Source: Nitrososphaeraceae archaeon
GTDB lineage: Archaea; Thermoproteota; Nitrososphaeria; Nitrososphaerales; Nitrososphaeraceae
NCBI GenBank assembly: GCA_036374075.1
Contig: DASUUM010000026.1
Location: 1-47,677 of the forward strand
Length of the DNA stretch: 47,677 nt
Direction: 5' to 3'
The notes beneath the pieces are model-generated. The model made no database searches, was not told where the DNA came from, and saw only the letters and a list, made by a program, of their open reading frames with translations. How positions within the stretch are numbered: position 1 is the first letter of the stretch; each line of letters begins with the position of its first letter. A program made the translations under genes and the position numbers. Positions 28,975-38,665 of this stretch are shown here, in pieces.

Positions 28975-30566
28975 TAAATGTGACATCTAACAATAGCAAA
29001 AAATATTTACGAAATGATGTTCTTCTTGACATAGCTATTTTTCTTGCCCGTCGATGGTCTAACAATCCCAAAGTCATTGTTATACTTTCTAAAGATAAAG
29101 CTCCTCAGACAGATATTGAAAAACAACAAATTATCTTACCAACATTAAATTATTTTCATGGTGAAGAATTTCAAAGATATAGGCAGTGGAGAGTTTCATT
29201 ATGGTATGAATCAATGAGAATAAGATATACTTCTAAAGTAAAGGTATCTCGTCAGGATCACGCATATGGATTTATTCTTAATAGTATAGAAACCAAAAGA
29301 ATAGAAATATTAGGTTTAGATACCTGGCAGGGCATGGCAAATGAAATAATTTTTTATGAAGGCATGTCTTGGTTATCAAAACCTCTACTAAATACAATAT
29401 ATGGAAGACATAAAATAATTGAAGCTTTTTCACAGTATTTTCTTACTGGATATATCAAAGGAGAATTATTTGGAAGTGAATTTGATAAGGTTAAACAAGC
29501 AACAGATTTTGCAAATGAATGTATTAGAGAAGCTATCGATAAAAGATTAGGAACAGATTGGATTTATGATAAGGTAAGAGAAATAATTAAAATATTACAA
29601 ATAGATCCTTTATTATCAATTCCTTTGACTACTCCTCGATCTAAGATAGGCATGGCAATGAATAAATCAGATTTATTTAAACAGTTAGAAAAGGTAATAA
29701 AATCAAAACTAGTAAACAAAGAATTTGATCTAACAATAAAAGAAATTATTGAAGGAAAAGATGTTGTAAAAGAATATGATACATTATTAAAAGAAAGTAA
29801 GAAATCAGAAACAAAAGGATACGACAGTTTAGAAAACTTTGATATTAGTGTCCCTGACAGGATGGACATAAATGAATCAGAAATATATGACATAGAATTG
29901 ATTCAAAAAATTAAATCTGCATTTAGAGATTGGAAAACTGGTTGGATAGAAGTTCACCAAGAAGAAGGCGATGAATTAGACACCGAAGCATATATTGATT
30001 CTCATGCTAAACCTTTTCTTACTGACTTTAAAATATCAATTAGAACAAAAGTAGTCATTTTACTTGACCATTCCAGTAGCATAGAAGAAGTTGAATTAAA
30101 ATACAAACAAGCAACATTAGCATTATGTGAAGCACTTAGCTATTTAGGAGTAGATTTTGCAGTATATGCATTTAGTACCGAAGCAAAAAAGGTAAAGTGT
30201 TGGCTAATCAAACCACCAAAAATTCGTTGGTCAGTCTTAAATGCTAGAAGATTAGCTCAAATAAGAGCAAGTGGCGGTACACCATTAGCTGAAATATATA
30301 CTATTCTTTTACCTTTTATCAAATCATTCAAACCTGAAATAATGATTACACTAACTGATGGAGAACCTTCAAATTATGATGCAGTTAAAGAAATGGTTTT
30401 GACCTATAGAAGTTTCTCAATTCATATGGCAGCTCTTGGATTAGGAAAAAATTTAAATGATCTTATAAATATTGGTCACAATTTAAAATATCTTAACTAT
30501 AATAAAACATTAGCTAGTCGAGTAGAAGATATACCAAAGAAGGTTATTAACCTACTTAAAGTATAA
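28971..30566 (+). CDS. NorD/CbbO-like protein with C-terminal vWA domain
   Basis: Intact MIDAS: DHSSS, GGTP and TDGEP; also a GDELD motif. Start likely TTG 28971 (overlapping the upstream TGA) or GTG 28980. Confidence 0.8.
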   Translation: MINVTSNNSKKYLRNDVLLDIAIFLARRWSNNPKVIVILSKDKAPQTDIEKQQIILPTLNYFHGEEFQRYRQWRVSLWYESMRIRYTSKVKVSRQDHAYGFILNSIETKRIEILGLDTWQGMANEIIFYEGMSWLSKPLLNTIYGRHKIIEAFSQYFLTGYIKGELFGSEFDKVKQATDFANECIREAIDKRLGTDWIYDKVREIIKILQIDPLLSIPLTTPRSKIGMAMNKSDLFKQLEKVIKSKLVNKEFDLTIKEIIEGKDVVKEYDTLLKESKKSETKGYDSLENFDISVPDRMDINESEIYDIELIQKIKSAFRDWKTGWIEVHQEEGDELDTEAYIDSHAKPFLTDFKISIRTKVVILLDHSSSIEEVELKYKQATLALCEALSYLGVDFAVYAFSTEAKKVKCWLIKPPKIRWSVLNARRLAQIRASGGTPLAEIYTILLPFIKSFKPEIMITLTDGEPSNYDAVKEMVLTYRSFSIHMAALGLGKNLNDLINIGHNLKYLNYNKTLASRVEDIPKKVINLLKV

Positions 30567-30594
30567 TTGGATTATAAAAGAAATCCAAATATAG

Positions 30595-31263
30595 TTATAG
30601 AATCTTAATGGAAGGATTAGTCTTTTTAAGATTTTCCCAATCTGAAATGAATGTTTTTAAGCCTTTATCCGTAAGGGGATGTAAAAACATTTTTCCAAGA
30701 ATATCTGGAGGTAAAGTTACAACATCAGCTCCTGATTTAGCAGATTCAATAACATGAATAGGATGACGTATACTTGCTACAAGAAGTTTAGTATCGTATT
30801 GATAATTTTTAAATATTTGTTTTATATCTCTAATAAGATTCATTCCATCATTACCGACATCATCCAATCTTCCAATAAAAGGGCTTACATAAGAGGCTCC
30901 GGCCTTCGCAGCTAATAGAGCTTGATTAGCAGAAAATACAAGAGTAACATTTGTTTCTATTCCTTCTTCTTTTAATTTTTTAACTGCTTTTAATCCATCT
31001 GGAATCATTGGAACCTTGATTATAACATTTGAACCATATCGTTTAAGAATATATGCTTCTTCAATAATTTGATTAGTTTCGGTAGATATAACCTCTAAGC
31101 TAACTGGTCCTTGTACTATCTTTACTATTTCTTTCATTATTTCTTCCGGATCTCCACTTTCTTTTGAAAGAAGAGTAGGATTAGTTGTTATTCCATCGAC
31201 CATTCCCATTTCAGAATAATGACGAATGGACTTGATATTAGCAGTATCCAGAAATATTTTCAT
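30595..31263 (-). CDS. tal: Transaldolase (short TalC/FSA family)
   Basis: IFLDTAN, GITTNPTL, Schiff-base IKVP, NVTLVFS and SPFIGR motifs. Confidence 0.92.
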   Translation of the reverse strand: MKIFLDTANIKSIRHYSEMGMVDGITTNPTLLSKESGDPEEIMKEIVKIVQGPVSLEVISTETNQIIEEAYILKRYGSNVIIKVPMIPDGLKAVKKLKEEGIETNVTLVFSANQALLAAKAGASYVSPFIGRLDDVGNDGMNLIRDIKQIFKNYQYDTKLLVASIRHPIHVIESAKSGADVVTLPPDILGKMFLHPLTDKGLKTFISDWENLKKTNPSIKIL

Positions 31264-32240
31264 TTTTTTAATCTATCAAAGGTAGATAACACAGTCCGTT
31301 CTATTTCTTTTTCGGTTAGTCCATAATATTCAAGCAAAACATCCAATTCGGAATCCCTTGCGGATTCTCCAAATGTATCTCTAACTCCAAGTCGTTTTAT
31401 ATAACAAGGATAAGATTCTGAACACACTTCAGCAACTGCACCTCCCAGACCACCTATTATATTATGTTCTTCAACAGTAATAATTGCACCAGTTTCGCGG
31501 CCCGCTTTTATCACTAAATCAGTGTCTAATGGTTTTATTGAGTAAGAATCAATTATACGACAGGATATATTGAATTTTTCTTTTAAAATTTTAGCTGTTT
31601 TAAAAGCTTTATAGACCATTAATCCACATCCAATAATAGTCACATCTGAACCATCTTGCAAAATATTTCCTTTACCTATTTTGAATTCACTATCATTATT
31701 ATCATAAAGGATTTCTGATGATGGCCGAGCAAGTCTTACATAAAACGGACCTGGAATATCTACAATATTTTTAATTATTTTGAATGCAGAAACAGAATCT
31801 GAAGGTGCAAGTACTTTCATATTAGGAATTGTTCTCATAGTAGCTATATCTTCAATTTGTTGATGTGAAGCTCCATCTGGTCCAACTGTTAAACCAGCAT
31901 GAGATACAACTAATTTTACATCCAGATTAGGATAACATATTGCATTACGAATTTGATCTAAACATCGTCCTGGTAAAAAAGCAGCATATGTACTTGCAAA
32001 TGCTATTTTGCCAGCAATAGCAAAACCTGCTGCGATAGAAACAAGATTAGCCTCAGCTATTCCTATATTGAAGAATCGTTCAGGAAACTTATCTCCAAAT
32101 TTTTTTGTCTTTAATGAATCAGTGGTATCTGCGCCAACACATACAATATGTTTATTAACTGCACCTAATTCAACAAGCGCATTACCATATGCAGATCGCA
32201 TATCTCCTTTTTTTAATTCATTACAATTGATTAATTTCAT
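31260..32240 (-). CDS. Transketolase C-terminal (pyrimidine-binding) subunit
   Basis: GIAEAN, GPDGASHQ and EEH...GGLG motifs. Confidence 0.92.
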   Translation of the reverse strand: MKLINCNELKKGDMRSAYGNALVELGAVNKHIVCVGADTTDSLKTKKFGDKFPERFFNIGIAEANLVSIAAGFAIAGKIAFASTYAAFLPGRCLDQIRNAICYPNLDVKLVVSHAGLTVGPDGASHQQIEDIATMRTIPNMKVLAPSDSVSAFKIIKNIVDIPGPFYVRLARPSSEILYDNNDSEFKIGKGNILQDGSDVTIIGCGLMVYKAFKTAKILKEKFNISCRIIDSYSIKPLDTDLVIKAGRETGAIITVEEHNIIGGLGGAVAEVCSESYPCYIKRLGVRDTFGESARDSELDVLLEYYGLTEKEIERTVLSTFDRLKK

Positions 32241-33858
32241 CTTCTATTCCTAATTCAATAGCAAGAGGTATTAAGATATGCTTACGAGCAATAATCCAGT
32301 CTTTTCTTATACCATTTTCATCTGCTTTTTTTAATAAGTTTCTTTCTAAAATTACATTAGTTTTATGTTTTAATTGTATAATTGCAGCATTGATATCTGA
32401 ATTAGAAAAAACTGCGCTACCTGCTACTATAATCCTTGCACCAGCATCATAGACTCGTTGGACAGTAGAAGCATCTATTCCTCCATCGGCTTCGATATAT
32501 CCTTTGTATCCCTTCAGTTTCAAAATCGTATTCAAATTGCTAATCTTAGATGTAATCTTAGGAATAAATTTTTGCCCAGAAAAACCAGGATTGACTGACA
32601 TTACTATTATGACATCAATATCATCCAAATAAGAAAAAGCCCATTTAGGAAGTTCGGTTTCTGGATTAATTGCTATACCCAAACTTATTCCTGCTGACAT
32701 TACCTTCTCTCTAATATAACAAAATTTATCATTATCACAAGTTTCAGCATGAATTGTAATAATATCACAGCCAGCGTTTATATATTCTTCAATATGTTCA
32801 TAAGGTTTTTCAATCATTAAGTGTGCATCAAATGGTATATTAGTTATTGGTCTTAATCTTTTTATTGTATCAGCTAAAAAAGTAGTATTAGGAACAAATT
32901 TTCCATCCATCACATCTAAATGAATAATGTCTCCGCCACCTCTTTCAACTCTTTTAATTTTATCCTCATAATTCTCTTTTTCCCCAGCGATTATTGATGG
33001 TGCTATCATATATTCTCCTTTTAATTCTTCGATTAATAATGGAATTTGTTTATTTTGAGGTGCTTTACCATGCCATTGAGGATTATTAGCCATATGTTTA
33101 ATACCTTGTCCCTTTATGGTATTTGCAATTATAATAGTAGGTTTATCTTTTATTTCACTAGCTTTGGTTAATGCATCCATTATTTGTTCTACTTTATGTC
33201 CATTTATTTCTATTACATTCCAGTTAAAAGCAATCCATTTATCACGGATAGGATCCAGTGGCATTACATCTTCGGTAAATCCATCTTGTTGAATTTTGTT
33301 TCTATCTAAAACTGCTACAAGGTTATCTAATTTATACTTAGGAGCTGCCATAGCAGCTTCCCATACTTGACCCTCGTTAGTTTCACCATCACCTAGTAAA
33401 ACATAAACATTGTTTCTTTTGTTATCAATAACATTTGCCAAAGCTATCCCAATTGAAACAGAAAGACCTATACCTTCTGAACCTGCTGAATATTCTACTC
33501 CTGGTACTGAATGATGTTCTAAAAGCTTCGAGTATCTTACAGGATGACCTTGCAGTCTAGACCCAAATTTTCTTAGACTTTTCATTTCATCGGTTGGAAA
33601 GTAGCCAGCTACTGCCAAAGTTGCATAATAACCTGGAGCCGAGTGTCCTTTGGAATTAATAAAATAATCTCGTTCAGTCCAAATTGGATTTACTGGATTA
33701 TGACGTAGTCTTCTAAAGTATAAGACCCCCATTATTTCAGCAGCAGAAAATGAAGCACCAGGATGACCTGATCCTGCTTCTGCAATTCCTTCTATTGCAT
33801 TTATTCTAATCTCTTGAATTTTTCTTTTTAGATCTAGATAACGCATATGAAGTATCAT
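32221..33858 (-). CDS. Fusion of transketolase N-terminal subunit and ribulose-phosphate 3-epimerase
   Basis: Transketolase motifs SGHPG, SKGH, LQGHP, TPP-binding GDGETNEG and WHG; then Rpe motifs IAPSI, HLDVMDGKFVPN, DAHLM, MSVNPGFSGQ, DGG and VAGSAVF. Confidence 0.93.
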   Translation of the reverse strand: MILHMRYLDLKRKIQEIRINAIEGIAEAGSGHPGASFSAAEIMGVLYFRRLRHNPVNPIWTERDYFINSKGHSAPGYYATLAVAGYFPTDEMKSLRKFGSRLQGHPVRYSKLLEHHSVPGVEYSAGSEGIGLSVSIGIALANVIDNKRNNVYVLLGDGETNEGQVWEAAMAAPKYKLDNLVAVLDRNKIQQDGFTEDVMPLDPIRDKWIAFNWNVIEINGHKVEQIMDALTKASEIKDKPTIIIANTIKGQGIKHMANNPQWHGKAPQNKQIPLLIEELKGEYMIAPSIIAGEKENYEDKIKRVERGGGDIIHLDVMDGKFVPNTTFLADTIKRLRPITNIPFDAHLMIEKPYEHIEEYINAGCDIITIHAETCDNDKFCYIREKVMSAGISLGIAINPETELPKWAFSYLDDIDVIIVMSVNPGFSGQKFIPKITSKISNLNTILKLKGYKGYIEADGGIDASTVQRVYDAGARIIVAGSAVFSNSDINAAIIQLKHKTNVILERNLLKKADENGIRKDWIIARKHILIPLAIELGIEDEINQL

Positions 33859-33905
33859 ATATCAATATCCTCAGACCACAAATGTGGCATAAAGGAACAA
33901 AACAT
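33855..33905 (-). other. Possible 16-codon upstream ORF in a hairpin-containing leader of the tkt-rpe operon
   Basis: MFCSFMPHLWSEDIDI*; its TGA overlaps the predicted transketolase ATG (ATGA). Confidence 0.25.
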
Positions 33906-34009
33906 GAAGAAAGATAAAAATCTAGCTGGAAGAATGATTTACATTATTCCTACAGAAAATATAAATTTAATTCAATAATTTAAAATATTATTATTGAATT
34001 TCCTAATAT

Positions 34010-35482
34010 ATGTTAAAGATTATAGCTGATCAAACAAAAGTAAATGAAAAGAAAACAGAACTTCTAGTTATTGGATGTTTTCTCAATGAAGACTATTCAG
34101 ATTTACTAAATAGACTTAATGAAGAAATAAGTATTGCAGCAAAAGAAATTATTTCTAATATACAAAAATTTGGTTTATCTAATGAATTACATACATTTGC
34201 AAAAATTCCTGCTAAAAAAATATTATTTATAGGTTTAGGAAACAAAAATGAATTTAATACAGAGAAATCAAGAATAATTTCAGGAAAAATAATTCAGTAT
34301 TCAAGAGAATTCAAAATAAAAGAACTTTCTATTATTCCTTTTAATTCATCTAAAGAAATAATTGAATCATTAATAGAGGGAATTATTCTTTCATCATATT
34401 CATTTGAAAAATTTAAAACTACTAAGGAGAATAATAATATTTCCAAAGTTTCAGTATTAATAGAGTCAAATTCAAAAGAATGGCAAAAAATAATCGATGA
34501 AATATCGGTAATATGCAAATCTGTAAATGATGCAAGAGAAATTAGTAATTTACCTCCAAATGAATGTTCTCCAGAACATCTTGCAAAAATAGCATTAAAC
34601 ATAAAAGATCAACAAATTAGATCAAAGATTATCAATATTAATACAATGAAAGATATTGGATTAAATGGACTAGTTTCTGTAGGAAGTGGTAGTATTAACA
34701 GTCCTAAACTAATAGTAATTGAATACAAAGGAGGAAAAAATGAAGATAAACCAATTTTACTTGTAGGAAAAGCAGTAACATTTGATTCTGGTGGCATATC
34801 TCTTAAACCAAGTGAAAAAATGGAGGAAATGAAATTTGATAAATGTGGTGGCGTTAATGTTATTGCAATAATGAAATCATTACCCTTATTAAAAATAAAA
34901 AATAATGTGATTGGAATAATTCCTGCTGCTGAAAATATGCCTTCAAATTCATCTTACAGACCAAGCGACATTATTAATATGTACAATGGAAAAAGTGTAG
35001 AAATACTAAATACAGATGCAGAAGGTCGACTAATACTTGCAGACGCACTAACTTTCGGTATTAAGCAATATAATCCTAAACTAATAATCGATATGGCTAC
35101 ATTAACTGGTGCTTGTATCATTGCATTAGGTACTAATGTAGCAGGAATAATAGGCAATAATGAAAAATTAATTAGAAAAATCATTGACACATCTAAAATT
35201 ACTGATGAAAAACTGTGGGAATTACCTTTGTTTGAAGAATATCATGATCAAATAAAAAGTAAAAATGCAGATATTAAAAACATTGGAGGACGAGCAGCTG
35301 GGGCCATTACTGCTGCGGCTTTTTTGTCAAACTTTGTAGAAAATACACCATGGGTACATTTAGACATTGCGGGAACCGCATGGAATCAGGAAGGAAGCTT
35401 GACAAAATCATATAATCCACCCGGAGCAACTGGTTTTGGAATAAGAACAATTATCAAATTTATTATGAATGAAAAGGTTTGA
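34010..35482 (+). CDS. pepA: Leucyl aminopeptidase (M17)
   Basis: VGKAVTFDSGG, MKFDK, NTDAEGRL and HLDIAG motifs. Confidence 0.95.
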   Translation: MLKIIADQTKVNEKKTELLVIGCFLNEDYSDLLNRLNEEISIAAKEIISNIQKFGLSNELHTFAKIPAKKILFIGLGNKNEFNTEKSRIISGKIIQYSREFKIKELSIIPFNSSKEIIESLIEGIILSSYSFEKFKTTKENNNISKVSVLIESNSKEWQKIIDEISVICKSVNDAREISNLPPNECSPEHLAKIALNIKDQQIRSKIININTMKDIGLNGLVSVGSGSINSPKLIVIEYKGGKNEDKPILLVGKAVTFDSGGISLKPSEKMEEMKFDKCGGVNVIAIMKSLPLLKIKNNVIGIIPAAENMPSNSSYRPSDIINMYNGKSVEILNTDAEGRLILADALTFGIKQYNPKLIIDMATLTGACIIALGTNVAGIIGNNEKLIRKIIDTSKITDEKLWELPLFEEYHDQIKSKNADIKNIGGRAAGAITAAAFLSNFVENTPWVHLDIAGTAWNQEGSLTKSYNPPGATGFGIRTIIKFIMNEKV

Positions 35483-35521
35483 CAATTTAACGTTGCCTCT
35501 TTTAAAACTAAAAATTTTGTA

Positions 35522-35640
35522 GAACGCCAGCACTGCCCTTTCCCAACCGCTCACGCAGGTCAGTACTAGGCAGCGACGACAGGTTTGACTTCCGGGTTCG
35601 GTATGGGACCGGGTCGCGCCCTGTCACTATGACCGGCTAA
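35522..35640 (-). rRNA. rrf: 5S ribosomal RNA (not linked to 16S/23S)
   Basis: Reverse complement reads GCCGGTCATAGTGACAGGGCGCGACCCGGTCCCATACCGAACCCGGAAGTCAAACC...TAGTACTG...GGGAAA...GCTGGC, with the conserved CCGAAC, TAGTA and paired termini. Confidence 0.96.
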
Positions 35641-35747
35641 GTAAAAAAAGGTAATAAGGTTAATTTATTCTTTTTTAAATCGATAGACATACAATTAACA
35701 AAAATCAATCAATCAAAATTCAACCTAGCAAGAGATATAATACATAA

Positions 35748-37568
35748 ATGAAAAATATAACTAGATTGGGAAATCCAGAGACAACGGCTAGAGTAGCAGT
35801 TTTAGATGAAGAGTTATGTAAACCAAAAAAATGTGGATTAGAGTGTATAATTTATTGTCCTGTTAACAAAACAGGTGGTGAATGTATTGTTCAAAGAGAA
35901 GAAGATGGTAAAGCAGTTATTTCTGAAGATCTATGTACTGGTTGTGGAATATGTGTTAAAAAATGCCCATTTGAAGCAATTGTAATAGTAAATTTACCAA
36001 AAGAATTGGGAGAACATAAAATTCATCAATATGGCATAAATTCTTTTAGATTATATCATTTACCAACGCCTAAGAAGGGTTCTGTTGTTGGTTTACTTGG
36101 TAGAAATGGTATGGGAAAATCCACTATCATAAATATATTATCTGGAAATCTTAAACCGAATTTTGGTAATTATGATTCCAAAATTGAATGGGATTATGTT
36201 ATTGAAAATTTTCATGGTTCTGAATTAAAGTCACATTTTGAAAACATAGCCAATGGAAATTTGAAGGTATCGATAAAACCTCAACTTGTTTATAAAATAC
36301 CAAAGGTATTTAAAGGAACTGTAAATGAAATGTTAAAGAAATTCGATGAAAATAAAACGGCAAGGGAAATTTCTGAAGAACTAGGATTAAAAAATTCACT
36401 TAACAAAAACTTAAATGAATTAAGTGGAGGAGAATTGCAAAGATTAGCTGTTACTGTAGCTGCAATTAAAGATGCAGATTACTATTTCTTTGATGAACCA
36501 TCATCATATAATGATATTTATCAAAGATTAGCAGTAGCTAAAGTAATACAAAATCTTTCTAGAAAAGGAAAAACAGTCATGATCATCGAGCATGATTTAA
36601 CTTTGTTGGATTATTTATCAGATTATATTCATATATTATATGGTGAATCTGGAGCTTATGGAATTGTTTCTAGTTTACAATCAACAAAAACAGGAATAAA
36701 TAACTTTCTTGATGGCTTTATACCTTCCGAAAATATTAGATTTAGAGAGAAAAGATTCAGATTTGATATATTCAATCCTATTGAAGATCATATCTTAAAC
36801 AATATTGTTACTCAATATTCAGAATTGGAAAAAAAATTTGATACATTTCATCTTAAAATTTCTTCTGGAAAAATAAGAAAAGGCGAAGTTTTAGGAGTTA
36901 TTGGTGCAAATGCATTAGGAAAGACAACTTTTATGAAAATGATTGCAGGAATAGAAAATTCTGATAATGGAAGCATAGTAAATAATGCTAAAATTTCATA
37001 TAAACCACAATATATAACTCAAGAATATGATACTGATGTTAAGTCATTATTATACTCAGCCTATCAAAATATTATAGAAGGAAGTATTGTAGAGGAGCAA
37101 ATTATTATTCCAATGGGAGTTAAAAAATTGTATGAAAAAAATATAAGAAATCTTAGCGGTGGTGAATTACAAAAAGTAGCAATAGCAGTATCTTTGATGA
37201 GAGATGCTGATATTTATGCTTTAGATGAACCTTCAGCTTTTATAGATATTGAGGAAAGGATAGCATTAGCAAAATTTATCCAGAGGTTTGTAAGGGCGCA
37301 AGCAAAATCAGCAATAATAATTGATCATGATATGCAGTTAATTGACATAGTTGCCGATTCTTTAATAATATTTAATGGGAACCCCGGCTTAGAAGGTATA
37401 GCGACTCAACCTATTTCTAAGATAGAAGGAATGAACTTATTTCTTAAAGACTTATCTATTACGTTCAGAAGAGATGAAAGTACTGGTAGGCCGCGGGTAA
37501 ACAAATATGGTAGTCAGTTAGATAAAATACAAAAAGACTCTGGAGAATACTACTACATAAAAAGATAA
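35748..37568 (+). CDS. rli: Ribosome recycling ATPase ABCE1/Rli
   Basis: N-terminal Fe-S cysteines (CKPKKCGLEC, CTGCGICVKKCP), two ABC domains (LSGGELQ twice) and TFRRD...GRPRVNK. Confidence 0.96.
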   Translation: MKNITRLGNPETTARVAVLDEELCKPKKCGLECIIYCPVNKTGGECIVQREEDGKAVISEDLCTGCGICVKKCPFEAIVIVNLPKELGEHKIHQYGINSFRLYHLPTPKKGSVVGLLGRNGMGKSTIINILSGNLKPNFGNYDSKIEWDYVIENFHGSELKSHFENIANGNLKVSIKPQLVYKIPKVFKGTVNEMLKKFDENKTAREISEELGLKNSLNKNLNELSGGELQRLAVTVAAIKDADYYFFDEPSSYNDIYQRLAVAKVIQNLSRKGKTVMIIEHDLTLLDYLSDYIHILYGESGAYGIVSSLQSTKTGINNFLDGFIPSENIRFREKRFRFDIFNPIEDHILNNIVTQYSELEKKFDTFHLKISSGKIRKGEVLGVIGANALGKTTFMKMIAGIENSDNGSIVNNAKISYKPQYITQEYDTDVKSLLYSAYQNIIEGSIVEEQIIIPMGVKKLYEKNIRNLSGGELQKVAIAVSLMRDADIYALDEPSAFIDIEERIALAKFIQRFVRAQAKSAIIIDHDMQLIDIVADSLIIFNGNPGLEGIATQPISKIEGMNLFLKDLSITFRRDESTGRPRVNKYGSQLDKIQKDSGEYYYIKR

Positions 37569-37572
37569 AGAC

Positions 37573-38415
37573 ATGGGATCGATGCTTAAAAATGCATTAA
37601 AAGATATTCTTACAAACGAGGAAATTGAAAAGGTTTATTCATCATTTGACATAATTGGAGATATAACAATAATTAAAATTCCAGAGCAATTAGAAGGAAA
37701 AAAGGAAATCATAGCTAAAATATTGATAAATAAAATTAAAACAGTAAATACCGTCTTTCAACAAATATCTTCAGTACAAGGAGAATACAGAACAAGGAAA
37801 TTAAATTTTCTTGCTGGAATTAATAAAACAAATACTGAATATAGAGAACATGGCTGTCTATTTAAAGTAGATGTATTAAAGACTTATTTTTCACCTCGTC
37901 TTTCGACCGAAAGACTTAGAATTTCTCAAATGATTAATAAAAATGAAAAGATAATTAATATGTTTGCAGGAGTAGGAACTTATTCAATAATTCTTGCAAA
38001 AAAAAATCCTGACTGCATTGTATATAGCATAGATTCCAATCCTGACGCACATAACTTATGTGTTATTAATTCTAAACTAAACAAGGTTCAAGACAGAGTT
38101 ATTCCTATTTTGGGTAATGCTAGATTAATTATAGATAATCAATTAAAAGGTAAAGCTACAAGAGTTCTTATGCCACTTCCAGAACAAGCATCTGAATTTA
38201 TTGATTCGGCAACCATGGCCCTTGAAAACAACAGAGGAATAATTCATTATTTTGCACATATTAAAGCCAATAGTAAATTGCATGCATTAGAAGAAGGAAA
38301 AAAAAATTGCCATGATAATTTTAAATGTTATCAATATAAGATAATTTCTGGAAGAGTAGTAAGAGAGGTAGGCCCTAGAATATACCAAACTGTCTTTGAT
38401 TTAATGATGCTCTAA
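37573..38415 (+). CDS. Trm5/TYW2-family SAM-dependent tRNA position-37 modifying enzyme
   Basis: DIIGDI, YFSPRLSTER, MFAGVG, NP and RVLMPLP motifs. Confidence 0.82.
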   Translation: MGSMLKNALKDILTNEEIEKVYSSFDIIGDITIIKIPEQLEGKKEIIAKILINKIKTVNTVFQQISSVQGEYRTRKLNFLAGINKTNTEYREHGCLFKVDVLKTYFSPRLSTERLRISQMINKNEKIINMFAGVGTYSIILAKKNPDCIVYSIDSNPDAHNLCVINSKLNKVQDRVIPILGNARLIIDNQLKGKATRVLMPLPEQASEFIDSATMALENNRGIIHYFAHIKANSKLHALEEGKKNCHDNFKCYQYKIISGRVVREVGPRIYQTVFDLMML

Positions 38416-38636
38416 ATTTTCTCATCTGTAATTTCGTTATGATTAGAAGCAGAAATCATAGTATATCCAATCCATATAAATACAGTAACAATTATCCCAA
38501 CTGTACCTGCAATACTAAGTTTTATTAAAAGCAAATCATAATCTGAAGCAAATAATAGATATATGTAAATTAAAAAAAATGCTGGAGGACCAATCAAAAG
38601 AAAAAATCCGGTATGTTTGTTACTTTTCATTCTCAA
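38412..38636 (-). CDS. Small membrane protein with two transmembrane helices
   Basis: Two hydrophobic segments ending in a WIGYTM motif. Confidence 0.7.
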   Translation of the reverse strand: MRMKSNKHTGFFLLIGPPAFFLIYIYLLFASDYDLLLIKLSIAGTVGIIVTVFIWIGYTMISASNHNEITDEKI

Positions 38637-38665
38637 AAGAGAACCAATTAAATTATTATATATCT

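Noticed and set aside
33860-33960. TPP riboswitch upstream of transketolase (CUGAG present)
   Set aside because: It lacks UGAGA in context and the downstream CCUGAU...GCG.AGGGA core.
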